Shown here: positions 1 through 14,310 of the stretch, piece after piece
Layout: every line of letters starts with the position of its first letter
Numbering within the stretch: position 1 is the first letter of the stretch
DNA from: the human T2T-CHM13v2.0 reference genome, Homo sapiens
Length of the DNA: 64,000 bases
Assembly (NCBI RefSeq): GCF_009914755.1
Contig: NC_060934.1
Direction: 5' to 3' (one strand)
Position numbers and translations under genes: made by a program
Notes under the pieces: model-generated
What the model saw: only the letters and a program-made list of their open reading frames with translations
What the model was told of the DNA's origin: nothing
Databases searched by the model: none

Positions 1-648
1 AGAGGCTGAGCAGCCTCAAAAGGCATGAAGCTGCTGGCATGTACCTGCGGCTCCACAGGCAGCATACAAGGGCATCGCTAGTGCCTGGCCATGTGAGGCT
101 GGCTGCAGGATCCCTAGGCGGACCCTGAGAAATACCATATCCAAGGACACAACGCTCCCGTCCTGCCTAACCCACAGAGTTTGTTGAGATGATCAGACAC
201 AATTCTAATGATGATAGCAAAGCTTACCTGGAGGTTCCCTCCCGTATCCCACTGTGCTTTGCAAACACTAACTCACTGGCTGAGCCCAGTTTGACAACAA
301 AGTACTGATTTCTCTAAAGTTCTCATCATAGACTGTATGAAGAGCATATGTTTTATACAACTTACTTATTTTGCAAATATGGATAAACCTTTGCAACCCA
401 GATCATCATAACAAGACCACGTGGGTTCATTAGAGTCATACAGTGTTTCAACGGTCATAATATGACTAGTTCAGACCCCTTCGAAATAGTGCTTCAGGTG
501 AATCAATTCACCAAATGTAAAACAATGTACATTTATTAGTTATTTTAAAACAGCAAATTACTATTCATTGTGTAATGAATTGTTGCCTTACTATGCCATC
601 CACCCATCTTGTAGGCTGAGGCATGGAGGCCTGTGTTCACCCTTCCGC

Positions 649-694
649 ACACCCACCTGTGCTTGTGAAATGTACACCCACCTGTGCTTGTGAA
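649..694. repeat. Direct repeat, 2 x 21 bp, period 25
   Basis: acacccacctgtgcttgtgaa at 649-669 and 674-694. Confidence 0.9.
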
Positions 695-2393
695 TAGCAT
701 TAAAGCCATTTCTACAGACTTCGCATGTGTAGTTTCATTATCTTCTGCCTTAAAACACATTAAGGAAACCATTCTCTTTGTCTCCCAAATTGTGAAACGT
801 AGTTCCATTTACCTGCTTCCCATGTTTTAAAGGTCATTTGTGATATAAGTATTGAGAAAAATTTTCCCCCTAAGGAAACTGAGCTCTGCTCAAATGCCGA
901 GGTGAATAAATGCAGCGCTTTTCCCACAAAACACAATCATTCACACAAACACACGATGCGAGTGCCTGTTTAGCAATTGTTTCTGCGGGTTTGTTATCTA
1001 TAGCTGTTTCCTCTTCATTAGTTGTTTACATTATTAAAATCTGATATAAAATGCAAACTTTCAAAGAATGTGTTTCTAGATCCAAAGAATTTAGAAAATG
1101 TTCACTGTTGATCAGATTTTTAAAAATATATTCAAAGTTAATATTAAGAGTAACTTTGAATAAGTAGGGCTTTAGAGCAGGACGTGACAGAGAACTGACC
1201 TTTCAAAGAATGAGCACAATTTGTGACTAAGTACCTCTTTTAAATGGAGTTTAGCAATTGCTTTCTGAATACCTGTCTTGACTGTCCAACAGTAGCTCCA
1301 TGGGGGCGGATACCCTGGTGAGCACTGTGCTAGCCACATCGCAGGTATCCTACATGTATTTCTTAAATGAAAAATATTCTTTCTAAGACAGTGTTAAAAA
1401 ATCATGAGTAAGAAGGTCATTAATCCCTGATAGCTTCATAAATGAGATATTCTTCTACCCAAAGAGATGCTGCTCTGCAAATCACACCCAGGGAATTCTG
1501 CTCCTTTTGGCCATGGTCCCATGAAGACACGCAAGGTGATCGTTTCAGAACCCTATCAGTGTTCAACCTGGCTAACTTGTGAAATAGTCAAGCTCAAAAG
1601 ATTCTCAAAGTGATTTTCTGGGAAAATATTCTACTGTAAAGAAGGTCAGATCCATTCCGTTGCCTTTAAAACATTTTCCTGGTTGCCCACCGGCTTCTCA
1701 TGAAACCGGGAACCAGTTTCACCCAATCTGTTCTCAAAGGGCTAACCTACCCCATGCCCATGTTCCATGTTTGCCCTGTCCCTGACTCAAGGAATGAATG
1801 CCTGCAAGCCACAGTGTTCTAACCCATTTCTCCCTCAGTCTCTGGCTGGGCAGGAGCCTGCTGATGGATGACACACTCCCATCAGACCTGCCACACCCAG
1901 GTCTACACCACAGAAACTAAGGCTGTTGGTTGACACGGTGGATGCTAGAACTTGCTGCAATGTTTCATTTCTATTTTAACTGAATTCACCACAATCCTAT
2001 TAAACCAAAAATATAATGTTTAGCCTCTTTAGCATATAGACCACAGGGCTATCATTTTTCTCTTTCTCTGATATTCTCATTTCTATTCTCTTTCTGAACA
2101 AAACCCCATCTTGGAATATCAAAAATGTGTTTGAGGATCACAATAATCACCTTTACCCACCATTGGGTTTGAATATGCCAGCAATTGAGGGTCCAGAGAA
2201 CCAAGTCACTTACTCCAAAATCTCTCTTTGCCTCCAGCACTTGGTCCTGGAAAGGTGAGTTCTGAAACCCTCTGTTCCCAGAAGTCTTCATGCATAGAGT
2301 AGAATAAAAATACCCAGTCCCTCCTGAGGGGAATGAGATCATAGGCACTGAAGTGCTTTGAGATACTCAAAGAAAAGAAACATGACACAGCCT

Positions 2394-2399
2394 TTTATT
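2394..2399 (-). terminator. CLRN3: CLRN3 polyadenylation signal (AATAAA); 3'UTR about 300 nt
   Basis: Plus-strand tttatt at 2394-2399. Downstream on the minus strand is a GU/U-rich element (ctgtgtcatgtttcttttct). Confidence 0.75.
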
Positions 2400-2679
2400 A
2401 TTTCAGATCGTGAGACCAGGTCAGAAGGGTCGTTACGCTCATCATGATACTACTGCTTTGAATACCACACAGACCAGCGACATTTCCCATTCATTTCCCC
2501 AACCTTGTGGGAAAAATTTTCAGGAGTACAGCATCAATGAAGAACACAGTGTCATGAAACACAAATGCTGTCACAGATGACAGTCACGTTACCATGCTGA
2601 ATTGTCCAGAGAAGCTAACCAGTTACTACTCAGGGCTGATGTACAATAGATGCAACGCCAAAATGAGATGAAAGAGAAT

Positions 2680-2951
2680 TCAGAATAAAATTCCGTCCCT
2701 TGGAGCATATTCCATTGGCTTTCTCTGCTCCTGCTTCCGCTGGTATCTGGCCTTCTGGTAGAAAATGATGATGGTTACAGTGACTATATTTAGAAGAATG
2801 ACGAGCAGTATGAGCCAGAACGAGTATCCGTAACTGTGGGTCGTTCCTTTACTGGTGGTTGCCGGGTAAAGCATTTGGAACAACTCTTCGGAGAGTTGGT
2901 TGGACTGCGTGTTCGCCACAAACAGTATCATGGTCACAAAAACGAAGGATG
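2680..2951 (-). CDS. CLRN3: Clarin-3 coding exon 3 (ASFVFVTMILF...RDGILF*)
   Basis: Acceptor tcttcctttcag| at 2952/2951 and TGA at 2682-2680. 272 nt. YGYSFW precedes TM4. Spliced CDS is 229+180+272=681 nt = 226 aa. Confidence 0.97.
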
Positions 2952-3643
2952 CTGAAAGGAAGATGGAGTTTCATGCATGGCATGGTGATACAGTTTTTAA
3001 TGTCACTTATCTTTATGGAACACATATATATGGGAATGTATTGCATATCTACACAGGAGTTTACACTCTTTTAAGCACTAGGGAGAAGGTACAAAATTGT
3101 AAGACACAAACTAGATGTCTAGGCATAGAACACTAAAGATTGTGCAGGGCTGTGTATGACCAATAGTGAATGTGCTGACTCAAACGCTTTCAGAAGCAGT
3201 TGTGTAACTTGTCTACCAAACAGCGCACTTCCTAGGTGGTGAATGCAGTAGTGTGCTGAATGAATGATTGACTAGGACAGTTCAGAGAGAAGCTGTATAA
3301 GGAGGTCTGGGAAGAGCTGAGGAAGGACAGGGCATCACAGATGGAAGAAGCCGCCTTAAAAAGACCCTGGGTGGGCAGTGGGCCTGGAGCACCTGGGACT
3401 GTGAGATACAAGCTCAGCTGCTGGGGAGAGGTCCCAGGGTCCTAAGAACTGGGTACGGAGACTGGGCTGCCCTGAGAGCCACAAATGCCATCCCAGGAGC
3501 TTGAATCTCATGGCATATGATGCCACTGGCAAGTGTCTAATCAGGAGGAATCTCCTTACAAAACTCATTAGAGAAGAGAACTTATTGCATGTTTATGTCT
3601 TCCCTTTTTTATTCTTCACAATATCCTCCACTAGAAAACATTC

Positions 3644-3923
3644 TTTTTTGTTTGTTTTGAGATGGGGTCTCACTCTCCCCTGGGCTCTGAAGTGCAGTGG
3701 TACAATCTCAGCTTACTGAACCTCCACCTCCCAGGCTCCATTGATCCTACCACCTCAGCCTCCTGACTAGCTGAGACTACAGGTATATGCCACCATGCTT
3801 GACTAATTTTTTATGGAGACCGGCTTTTTCTATGTTGCCCAGGCTAGTCTCGAACTCCTGGACTCAAGTGATCCACCTGCCTCGGCCTCCAAAAGTGCCG
3901 AGTGTGAGCTACTCTGCCGAGCC
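3644..3923 (-). mobile_element. Alu (old, J-like)
   Basis: Diverged antisense Alu dimer with poly-T; aacattctt on both flanks (TSD-like). Confidence 0.9.
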
Positions 3924-3969
3924 CTAAAGAACATTCTTCAGTATAGACTTGGGAGAGCCACTTTTGTCT

Positions 3970-4088
3970 AGTTAAAAGAACGTAGTTCTGGAGTCAGAGA
4001 GAACAGGATTGGAAATCCCAGCTAGATGAACTTGAACAAGTCATGTAGCCTTTCTGAGCCTCATTCCTCATCTTTCAAAGGGAATGAG
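3970..4088 (+). mobile_element. MIR fragment
   Basis: tctggagtcaga...aaatcccagct...caagtca...tctgagcctca..cctcatct resembles the MIR core. Confidence 0.7.
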
Positions 4089-4330
4089 ATAGAGACAAAA
4101 AAAAAAATGTAGATTAGGGCTTTCGCGGTTGCCTAGTGCTGGAAGTGGGCTGGGAGGGGGTGATAGCTAAAGGGCATGGGGTTTCTTTTCAAGGTGATCA
4201 AAATATTCTAAAATTGGCAGTGGTAAGCCTTGCCCATGTCTGAGAACATACAAAAAACCATGGAATTGTATACTTTAATGGGTGAATTGTATGGTGTGTG
4301 ACTCATGTGTCAATAAAGCTGTTAAAAGAA
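4088..4330 (+). mobile_element. L1M (L1MB-like) 3' end
   Basis: ggggtttcttttcaaggtgatcaaaatattctaaaatt...gaattgtatactttaatgggtgaattgtatggtgtgtga...caataaagctgtt is typical of L1MB 3'UTR termini. Confidence 0.75.
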
Positions 4331-7300
4331 AGGTTTTGGAGGATAAGGATGCCTATGTTCCAGGATCTGTGATGAGGCCGGTGAGCAGGCTCACCCAGTG
4401 AGGTCTGATACGCACGGGGGCCGCCAGGGGATCCTGGCCACGGAAGCCCTTTGAGACTCCGTCTGCCGCCATGTACCCGGAACTCAGTGGACATCAAATG
4501 TATCCTGCTATAACCCACACCCAGGGAAACTTTCCAAACGGTCCATCAAAAGGCCTTAATTAGAGGGGTTTTGTATGAGGAGAATGTTTTAAACACTCCT
4601 TGATGACAGATCTTCATCCTCAATGTAATGGTTTTATTTCTTAATAATTTGTCCGTACAAAAGCCCTGACCCTCTGAAGCTCTCCAGGTGCCTCACAGCC
4701 TTAATTATCTTTCATTTTCCTCTTGTGAAGTTTCTTATAAAAGCTTAATCATAAAGGGGCAGGATGTATATAGTCTAAATGCTTTTTTCCAGAGCGGGCT
4801 GCCTAGAACTTTGATTTGAATGGGGAGGGGCCGACACACAGACACAAAATGCAAACCTGAGTCCCCTTTAGTGATGAGATGCCCAGAGCCTCTACCTGCC
4901 AGGCTTCTCCAGCCTCTGGGACAGAAGGATTTATAGGGGCTGGAGGAAGCCCCGGGGTAGATGAGGAGCTTCGGAAGGCTCACGGACCCTGGCTTCTGTC
5001 CTGGCCTGTGACCATCGGGCCCTGTGACCTCCTGATCACTTTCCACTCTCTGAGTTCCTCAGATGAGACACAAATGTATTTGGAACAGGCAGTCTGCAAA
5101 GTTGTCTCTGGCTCCAAGCTTCTCTCAGGGGACAATTTTATCCCCTGAGGCCAGGATACAGCCTCATCAGGTCAGTGTGGTGTAGAAGGTAGGCTGAGGT
5201 CAGAGGTCACGGGAACCTAGGAAGTGAGACTGCTGTTTGTCTCCTCAAAGCAGAACCTGCTTCTTTCTGTCAGAAACAAGCCAGGAAACCCACTTCCTTC
5301 CCTACCCAACATCTGCTGGCCAAGCAGAGGTAGTTCAAAACCAGCCGCTAGGAGTTTGGAGCACTTCCTTCTGGCCCCAGGACTCCCAGAAGTCAGTCTG
5401 ATCATGCTGTCCCACAGCCATGACCCAAGGCAAGAATTAAGACATCTCTGTATACAAGCCCTTCTGCAGGCTGAGCCTCCTGGAAACTGAGAGTTTCAGT
5501 AAGTTCTCCAACCCTCAAAGCTCCTGTGAGAAAATCAGGAACCCCCAAAGGGCTACTTTGGGCAAAAGTCAGGCCTATCAACACTGTTAGGGTCAAGAGG
5601 CCTCAAGGGGCATTTAGAGGAAGCTAAGCTGTGCTGAGGCCTTCTCCCAGGCAGGCATCAGAATGCAATCTGCTCCTTACACATCAACCTCTCAGGTTGT
5701 TTTCTGCCCACCTCACAGCCTCCCTCTGTGTGTTAGAACTTGCTCCTGAGCCAGGAAAGGAAGGTGGCAGGAATTCCCTCTCCGTCCAACAATTCTTTGT
5801 GGATAGGAGTAGGCAGGGCTACGGGGAGGCTCTCAGGTCCCTGTTTCTCATGTTTTCCTTCACAAACATGCATGAGGCCTCTGCTATATGCAAAGCCAGC
5901 CCATACTCTGCTGCGGAGGAGCAGAGATATGGAGCCACAGCCTAGTGGCAAAGGCAGTGGACTTTGAACCCTGCAGGCTGTAGACACAGCAATGCTGGGT
6001 CCCTGTTGTTCGGCCGGCGCCACACCTGGCCCTCTACTCTGGTCCTGGCGCCTGTTTTCCCTCCAGGAATGCAGGCTTCCTTCCCCACTCACCCCTGCGG
6101 CTGGGGAAGGGCCGATTCCAGCCCCAGCTCCAGGATGGGCAGGTAGCCTTGGCCCATTAGTGGATGGCTTGGGGAATTCAACCCTGCCAGCCACAGAGAT
6201 TGGTCAAGGGATGGGAGAAGGGCAATGCCAGTGCAAAGTAGCCCAGGACTTTCTCTGAATTTGGAGGAAATGAGAAATTTTTTTCTCCTGGGGCTGCCAC
6301 CATCAGCAATGAGCCCAGAGTGGCCAGCAGTCATCTTATCTTCAAGAGGATTGATCTGGCCAATTAATGAATGATGGAGTCAACGCTGAGGATTTCAATA
6401 GATGGAGCAATGGCAGGAAACAGTCCTCACGACACAGGCCGAGACCTTGACTCGAGCTGTGTCTGAAGCCACTGCTTCTCGTACTTTCTTAGTTGCATGA
6501 GCAAAAGTAAAAATAATCTATCTCTTTACCCTGGCCATAAGTACCAATTGGTTTACCTTGGTTTGATTGACTGGGGTGAACCATCATCATACAAGTAGCT
6601 TAGGCAAGGGACTCTGGCATTCAGGTGAGTATATCTGATTGTGTAACAAAGTCCCTTAACCTCTGACACTCAGCTCTGCCATAAGAAAGGGAAACAGTGA
6701 TATTCATTCTACAGGACTTTTGTGCCTCGTCCATAGTGGCTGCCCATTAAATTGGGGGATTTATTTGTTTTTACCCCCAAATAATAAAAGCACAGAAAGA
6801 AAGAGCCAGTCATATATGAATGTGGTTAAACTAGCCTGACCCCAAATCCTTAGAGCTGAGGTGTGAGTATGTAATGTGACTCTGGTCCACCTGTAGTCCT
6901 GGCTTAATGCTTTTCCATTTTAAAAAGCATCCCTCACCGTCCTACCTGTGCTGTGCTGGGGCCAGTTTGTACATCTCAACTCCACGTCAGTGATCTCACA
7001 TTGGGAGTTTGAAAATGGCCATGTGGCTGTGTTTACACGATTCCAATCACCAGGGCTTTTTTCTCTTTTTGTTTTTCCCTACTGGAGAGCCAGTTGTTCA
7101 TATTCCTCAGCACACCTCTACTCCATGACATGGAGACGCTGGCCTCCTTCAGCCACCTGCGCCTACCTCGTGGTAAGGATGACACTCAATGGAGGGACAG
7201 GATGATGCTGCCCTCAGCCCCTCCTCCGAGGCTTCCTGACATGTCTGATATCCAGAGCCTCCTTCCTGTGCTTCAAAATTTCAGGCCTGTGTTAAAATGC

Positions 7301-7783
7301 GTCACCTGGAGCTTACATGAAGCCACCTCAGAAATCATTTCCTTAGGACAGGCTTCATTCCCAAGGTCCAGTTTTGATGGTGGAGAGGGAAAGAACAGGA
7401 GAAACCTGACTGCCTGGTGGGAGCAAAAGGCCCTGAAGGCAGCTGGGCAGGGCAAATAGGTACTTCCCCAGCCCTGCTCTGGGCAGATGGGCAGCTGCAG
7501 AGCCCTGGAAAAACCCAGTGAAAGCCAGAAGACTGTGAGTCAAAGCTGGGACCCGCTTCCCATCTGGGCTCCATCCTCCCAGCACCACACCCATGAAACA
7601 AACAAAATAACCAAGCAACACCACCCAGCAACACCCCAGGCTCACAGGTAGCCCACAAAAAAGGTATTGCACCCAGATTCTCTTATGTGCCATTATCTGT
7701 GGCTCTGTGGCACGACCATGCAGAGATGTCATGTGTGGAGACCAAGTGGACTCTTGTCATGTGGAGGAGGAAAGAGAAGGAAG

Positions 7784-7872
7784 TGTGTGCTGGTGTGTTC
7801 ATGTGTGTGTGTGTGTGTGCACATGTGTGTGTGCATGCGTGTGCATGTGTATGTGTGTGCACATGTGTGTGC
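7784..7872. repeat. Imperfect (TG)n/(CATG) microsatellite in CLRN3 intron 2
   Basis: Direct inspection. Confidence 0.9.
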
Positions 7873-8224
7873 TTCTACATGCCACACAGAGCCTAGTTTG
7901 GAGTTCAGCACATGGCAGGAGCCCGGTCAATATTTTGTTGACTTTTGTGCATTTTGACTTCTTATGTTAGAGTCTCAAAAGCAAAGCCTGGCTTGTTATA
8001 AGCCTCCTCAGCAGTGCATTTAAAACAGAATTCTATTTCCAGAGATGCTTCATAAACACTTTGGATTGACAAAATAAACCCCAGCCCTCAGCTCATGGGA
8101 GGTCCTCATAGTTTCCTTGGTGTAAACGTGACTGTGTATGTTCATGCATGTGTGAGAGGCAGAGACATGGGGACAAGCGGGATGCAGTTTTCTGCAGAGC
8201 ACCGAGTCTCACAGGGCCACTCAC

Positions 8225-8404
8225 CACCGAGCCCGTTCCAGGTGTACACCCCCGTCGGCCCCAGGAATGTCTGGTAAGGGTTGCTGATGCTGTTGTAGAA
8301 GGTAAACCCAGAGCTCAGCAGCGACGTGATCAAACTCAGGACCAGGAACAGGATAGTCACCGAATGCAGAGTTTTTTGGGAAGAATTATTCAGTATCTCT
8401 AAAA
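8225..8404 (-). CDS. CLRN3: Clarin-3 coding exon 2 (VLEILNNSS...YTWNGLG)
   Basis: Acceptor ttgttttag| at 8405/8404 and donor GGTG|GTGAGT at 8225/8224. 180 nt, phase 1-1, in frame with exons 1 and 3. Contains the clarin motif FYNSISNPYQTFLGPTG. Confidence 0.97.
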
Positions 8405-10104
8405 CTAAAACAATGTTTTGTGAGTGCATAGCACATAATGCAAACACCAGCTCTGGCCTGGCATTCCTCCCCACCCTACCCTCTTAGTGACTTGAGTTAC
8501 TGGTTGTTGGATGCCAGTTAGAGATACCAGGAGCCTCCAACCCATGCAAGAACAAGACCCGCATTCCCCACTGGAGGCTGGTTGTTGAATCAGTGGTTGG
8601 ATGGGTATAACCGCGACACTACAGATAACTGGACATTTATGCTGATTTTGAAGTCTCCTAGGAAAGAGTTTACCTTCCTGGATACCGGCAGCAGGGCTGG
8701 ACAGCCTTCCCATTACTGAGCTCGGGCTCCGTCCTTGCCAAGGTGCTTTTCCCAGTTTCATCAGTGCCCCTGTTGCTCTGAGCACTAACTTGGCTTCCAC
8801 TTGGAGGCACTCACAGGGTAGGTCACCCTGAAAACCTGTGCACTGTGAGAATCCCACAAGCCCTGTGGCATCTGGGGTAATTGCATGAGTCAGGGGTGGC
8901 ATCAGCAGAGAAAAGCCTAAGAAAGGTGACCAGGAAAGTGGAAGCTGAAGGCTGACATAAGAAAATGACTTCTGTTGGTGCAAATCGAGTTGTGGGTCCT
9001 ACTTCAGACTCCACTTCCCTGGGGCCAGAGAGGACCAGATGCCCAGAGGGCTCCAACGCTGGAGGCGGCTGGGAATTCGCCCATGAGTGAGCCTTGACTC
9101 TGCTTTCCAAGGAGAACTCTTCTGAATCCTAACAGCATTGGATGAATTTGCATATTTCTTAAGTGCAGAGGAGCTCCAGGCATGGAAGGACACTCTTATA
9201 ACATGAAGCAAAGGTGCCCTGGCTGTCAGTCCTGGGTTCCTGGTTTTGCCTTTCTCAGGCTTCTGACTGCCACCAGCCATCTCCTCCACCGGCTCTTTTG
9301 TGGAGGATGCAATGCCCAGGCACCACAGGGCTGCACTTACATGTAAGCCCAGCCCAGCCACGGGCTGACAGGGTGTGTGAGGCCCTGTGGAGGAGGCCAG
9401 CACATGAAATAGTGTTTACAAGGATGTTCCATGAAAGTCACCAGGACATGGGAGAAAGGGATTAGGGAGAAGAGTTCCGAGTCACAGTAAGGCCACAGCA
9501 ACATCACTGGGAACAGGTGGGTAAAAACAAGTGAAAGGCTCTTTGTTTCCGTTCTGGTTTCTCTGGTCTCCAGGGAGAGAGCCTTGGAGCCCTCACCTCT
9601 TTATCTGGAGCAGCTTTAAAGAACAGAAAGCGAAAAGGCCAGGTAGGATCTCTGGTTTCTGGGCCTAGGGGTGGTATTCCCTCAGCATATGCCCACGGGT
9701 CGAAGGTCAAGGAGTTCCTAATGGAACCAGAGTGTTTCAAAGAATTCAGAATGGGAGGCAGGAGACCCCAGGGTGCTGTGGGCACCCATGGGAGGGGTCA
9801 CCAAGTCCCCTCCCCTTTCCCTCCTTGCATCGCCGTAATGATTTAAAAATTCCTCATTATGCTGAGCCCAAATCTGTATCTCCACGACTTAAACCCAGGG
9901 GTCCTAATTCTCCTTTGGGAATCATACAAAATTCACTTGCTCCTTTCCTGCCTGGCAGCCTTTCCAAATATTTGAGGAGGGATATAAATCCCAACATGAT
10001 TAACAGCCCACGTTTCTGGAGTATTCTCTGCTGAGTGTGACTGCAAAGTTCCTGCCAGCCTGGCCTCCTACACATACTTTATTCTGACTCTATTTCTCTT
10101 TCTC

Positions 10105-10712
<608 letters not shown>

Positions 10713-13399
10713 AGATAGACGTGGGGCTCCCAATGAGACCCGACAATCCCCTTGGACAGGAGGACGTCATCACTCCATTTTTGAACCTCTTAATTCTATT
10801 TGTTCACTATTGTTTTCTTTTTTGGCTTTTTAATCAGCAATGTTCTATGAGGAAGAAAAGTTTCCTCCCATTGAACAGAGTGGGCATGAAGGAGATGTGG
10901 CCAGCAGCTTGCAATCAGGTGCCTGAGAAACAGCCTCAGGGGCTGCTGGCAAAAGGGTTCTGTGGTGAAGACCCTCATCCCAAGCGGTGCAGGCCTCGGG
11001 GTGCAGCCTCCTAGACCGGGAGGGGGAGAAGCCCCAGAAGCAGCAATGACTGGTAACCCAAGGGTTCTGGCTGCAAGGGAGAGTGAGAAAGTGCAGGAAA
11101 GAAAAGGGGAGGAGAGAGAAAAGGGCAGGAGGAGGGCAATGTGGATACGCCTCACAGCGGTTGGCATGGCCGCATGTGCCTTGAAAACCCATGGGAGAAG
11201 GGAGCAAACCAGGAGAAGACTGGGCAAGCCTCAGCTCAGTGGCATGAGGACGATGAATTCACCACCCTGCTCCTCAAGTGGAACTGGGGACTGTGAGCAA
11301 AGTCCAGCTCGCACAGGTACAGCCTACTTGTGCTCAATGGTGACTGGACTATTTTGCAATTTCTGCTAATAACCCATAGAGCGTGGTGAAATTCTCAGCA
11401 TAGTCTCTGGCTATGCATCCCAGGGAAGGGCTCTAGCGGGACCTGGGTCACGCCAGCCACTGCCTGTTGCCTGGGCAGGGACGGGTGGGGCCTGCTGGGC
11501 CTGCCTTCTGGGTGGGTGGGATGTGGCCACCTGGGCTGGGACCTTTTTTTCCATCCCTGACCTCAGGTGAAATTTCTTGCCTCTGCCTATTGCTCGCTGT
11601 GGAGGTGCAGCCGTTGGGGGATTAATATTGCTACAATTTAGCACACACTTGTTTTGAAAGTAATAGAGGGGGACACCGGAGGAGAGAAGGAAAAAATCTA
11701 CAGCACGTAGGACACACCTGTTCAGGGGGACAGATCAGAGGCTGCAGATGAGTTACCATAAGAGGGAATCGCTTCCCATTCCACACTCGCCAGTTCCTCC
11801 TGGACGCTAAAGGGGAAACTCCAGGATATATCCCAAAGTTTGCTGGGGACTAAATAAACTCACTCCTTAGCAAAAAAGGAGCTGTGTCCAAGGCCCCTGA
11901 AGTGGCTTGCAGTATTTTTCTGCTTTACACACTTAGTAAAAGCTGTTTTTGGGTATTCACTGGTAAATGGTTCACATTCCTTTTTTTTTTTTTTCAGAGT
12001 AAATTAGAAAGTGACAATTGAATTTGGTTTTGTTTGTGACTTTTGGTAAGATCTAATGATGTGATTTTTCAAAAGGGAGTCATTTGGGGCCTGTTGACTC
12101 ATATTTTCTGCATATTAAGGTGACAATTCATCTTGATTCTAACTGCTGCATTTTAAAATTATTTTCCGGCTTTCTGAATTTCCTGCCACACAGGTCTGAC
12201 AGCTGTATCTCCGCTCCAGCTCCTGGCTCAGAACTTAGACAATACAAGCTGAAAATTCAGGGAAAGTTACCAAGAATGAAATAACAATAAACTTCCATAG
12301 AATCTGACAGCTGCTCTCTGCCTACAAAATTAGCAAACACATTCCGTTCTTTTTCTTCCTTTTAGGGGGCAAGCGTGTGAATCAGGAAGGCCACCTCACA
12401 ATTGGCGCTAATTGCCCCAGGAGAGAGCCAAGAACAACGTGGCCAAAGAGAAGAGCGTCTGGCCCGCAGATCCCGCACCTGGGAGGCAGAAACGTGCTGC
12501 TGGGCAGTGGATAATGGGCGCCCATGAGAGCCATCCGGACATCTGGGCTCCCCATGCAGGAAAATGTAACCCTTCAGGCCCCACTTGCCATCTGCCTTTT
12601 GAGTTCTGGTTTTCTGTAAGTCCTCGGACATCAAGGGAGAGCCCGTGGCTTTGTGAGTGGATGGGTGGGAATTACCGTGACTCCCTCCGTAAGCACCTGG
12701 TCACCAGGGAGCCTGAACAGGGCAGCTCCCAGTGCCCATGGGAGGAGCTCATTCTATCAACAGATCTCCAAGTGTGGCCTGGTAGCTCTCCCAGGGAGCC
12801 CAGGCTGGTGCCCCAGCCTCTCAGAAAGTTGCCAGGGTTCCTTGGGGAGAAGTGGCCTGAGCTTGGGAGGGCACCCTCTTTGTCCTCTCTACTCTCCCCA
12901 TCACAGTGTGGTTATATCTCTGGGGGCAGATGATGAACCTGCTCTCCAGGAGAATCTCCTTATGTGGACAGGGTAGGAGTAGTAAGGTGGGGGCTCTTTA
13001 TGAATTCTGGAGAAATAAACTTCATTTGTTCTTCTCTTTGCAATTCATTAGTTTCTGCAGAAGGTCTATTTTTCTAATTATTTTTAGCCTGGCCTAATGG
13101 TGCAATGTTGAGCTCCCTGAGAACACATGGAGGTTAGTGGAGGAAAGAGACTAGCGGGTGGGGGAGTGCCAGATGGGGAGAGACTCCCGCCAGCTGCAGT
13201 GAATCCTGACTCGGACGCAGCACTCAAAGACCAGCCGGGAGCTGAGCTTTCCCTCAGTCTGCCTTGCTTCCTTTGCAAGGTTGTCCAGAGCTTTTGCCAA
13301 TAAATTAATTTAATTTCAAGCAGGCCACATCCAAAGGACTTAAAAAACAATACCCAGTACAGCCATGCCTGTCAATCTAGTGCCTGGCCTTGGTGGAAG

Positions 13400-13560
13400 C
13401 TGGTTGTTGTCAACACTCAATTAGGATCACCTGGGAAGATTTTTAAAAAACGAGCAGGTCAGGGCCTCACCCCGCGGAGATTGCTATTCATTTGGTCCAG
13501 GGTGGGGATGCCTCACCCGCATCCCAGGTGAGTCTACCTTCCGCTGTAGGCAACGTGATT
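13400..13560. mobile_element. MER5-like hAT-Charlie MITE
   Basis: ttaggatcacctgggaagatttttaaaaaa...ggcctcacccc..gagatt...ggtccagggtgggg...cccaggtgagtct. Confidence 0.6.
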
Positions 13561-13565
13561 GCTCA

Positions 13566-14310
<745 letters not shown>

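Noticed and set aside
7667-7970. Cys/Val/His-rich ORFs
   Set aside because: These are translations of the (TG)n microsatellite.
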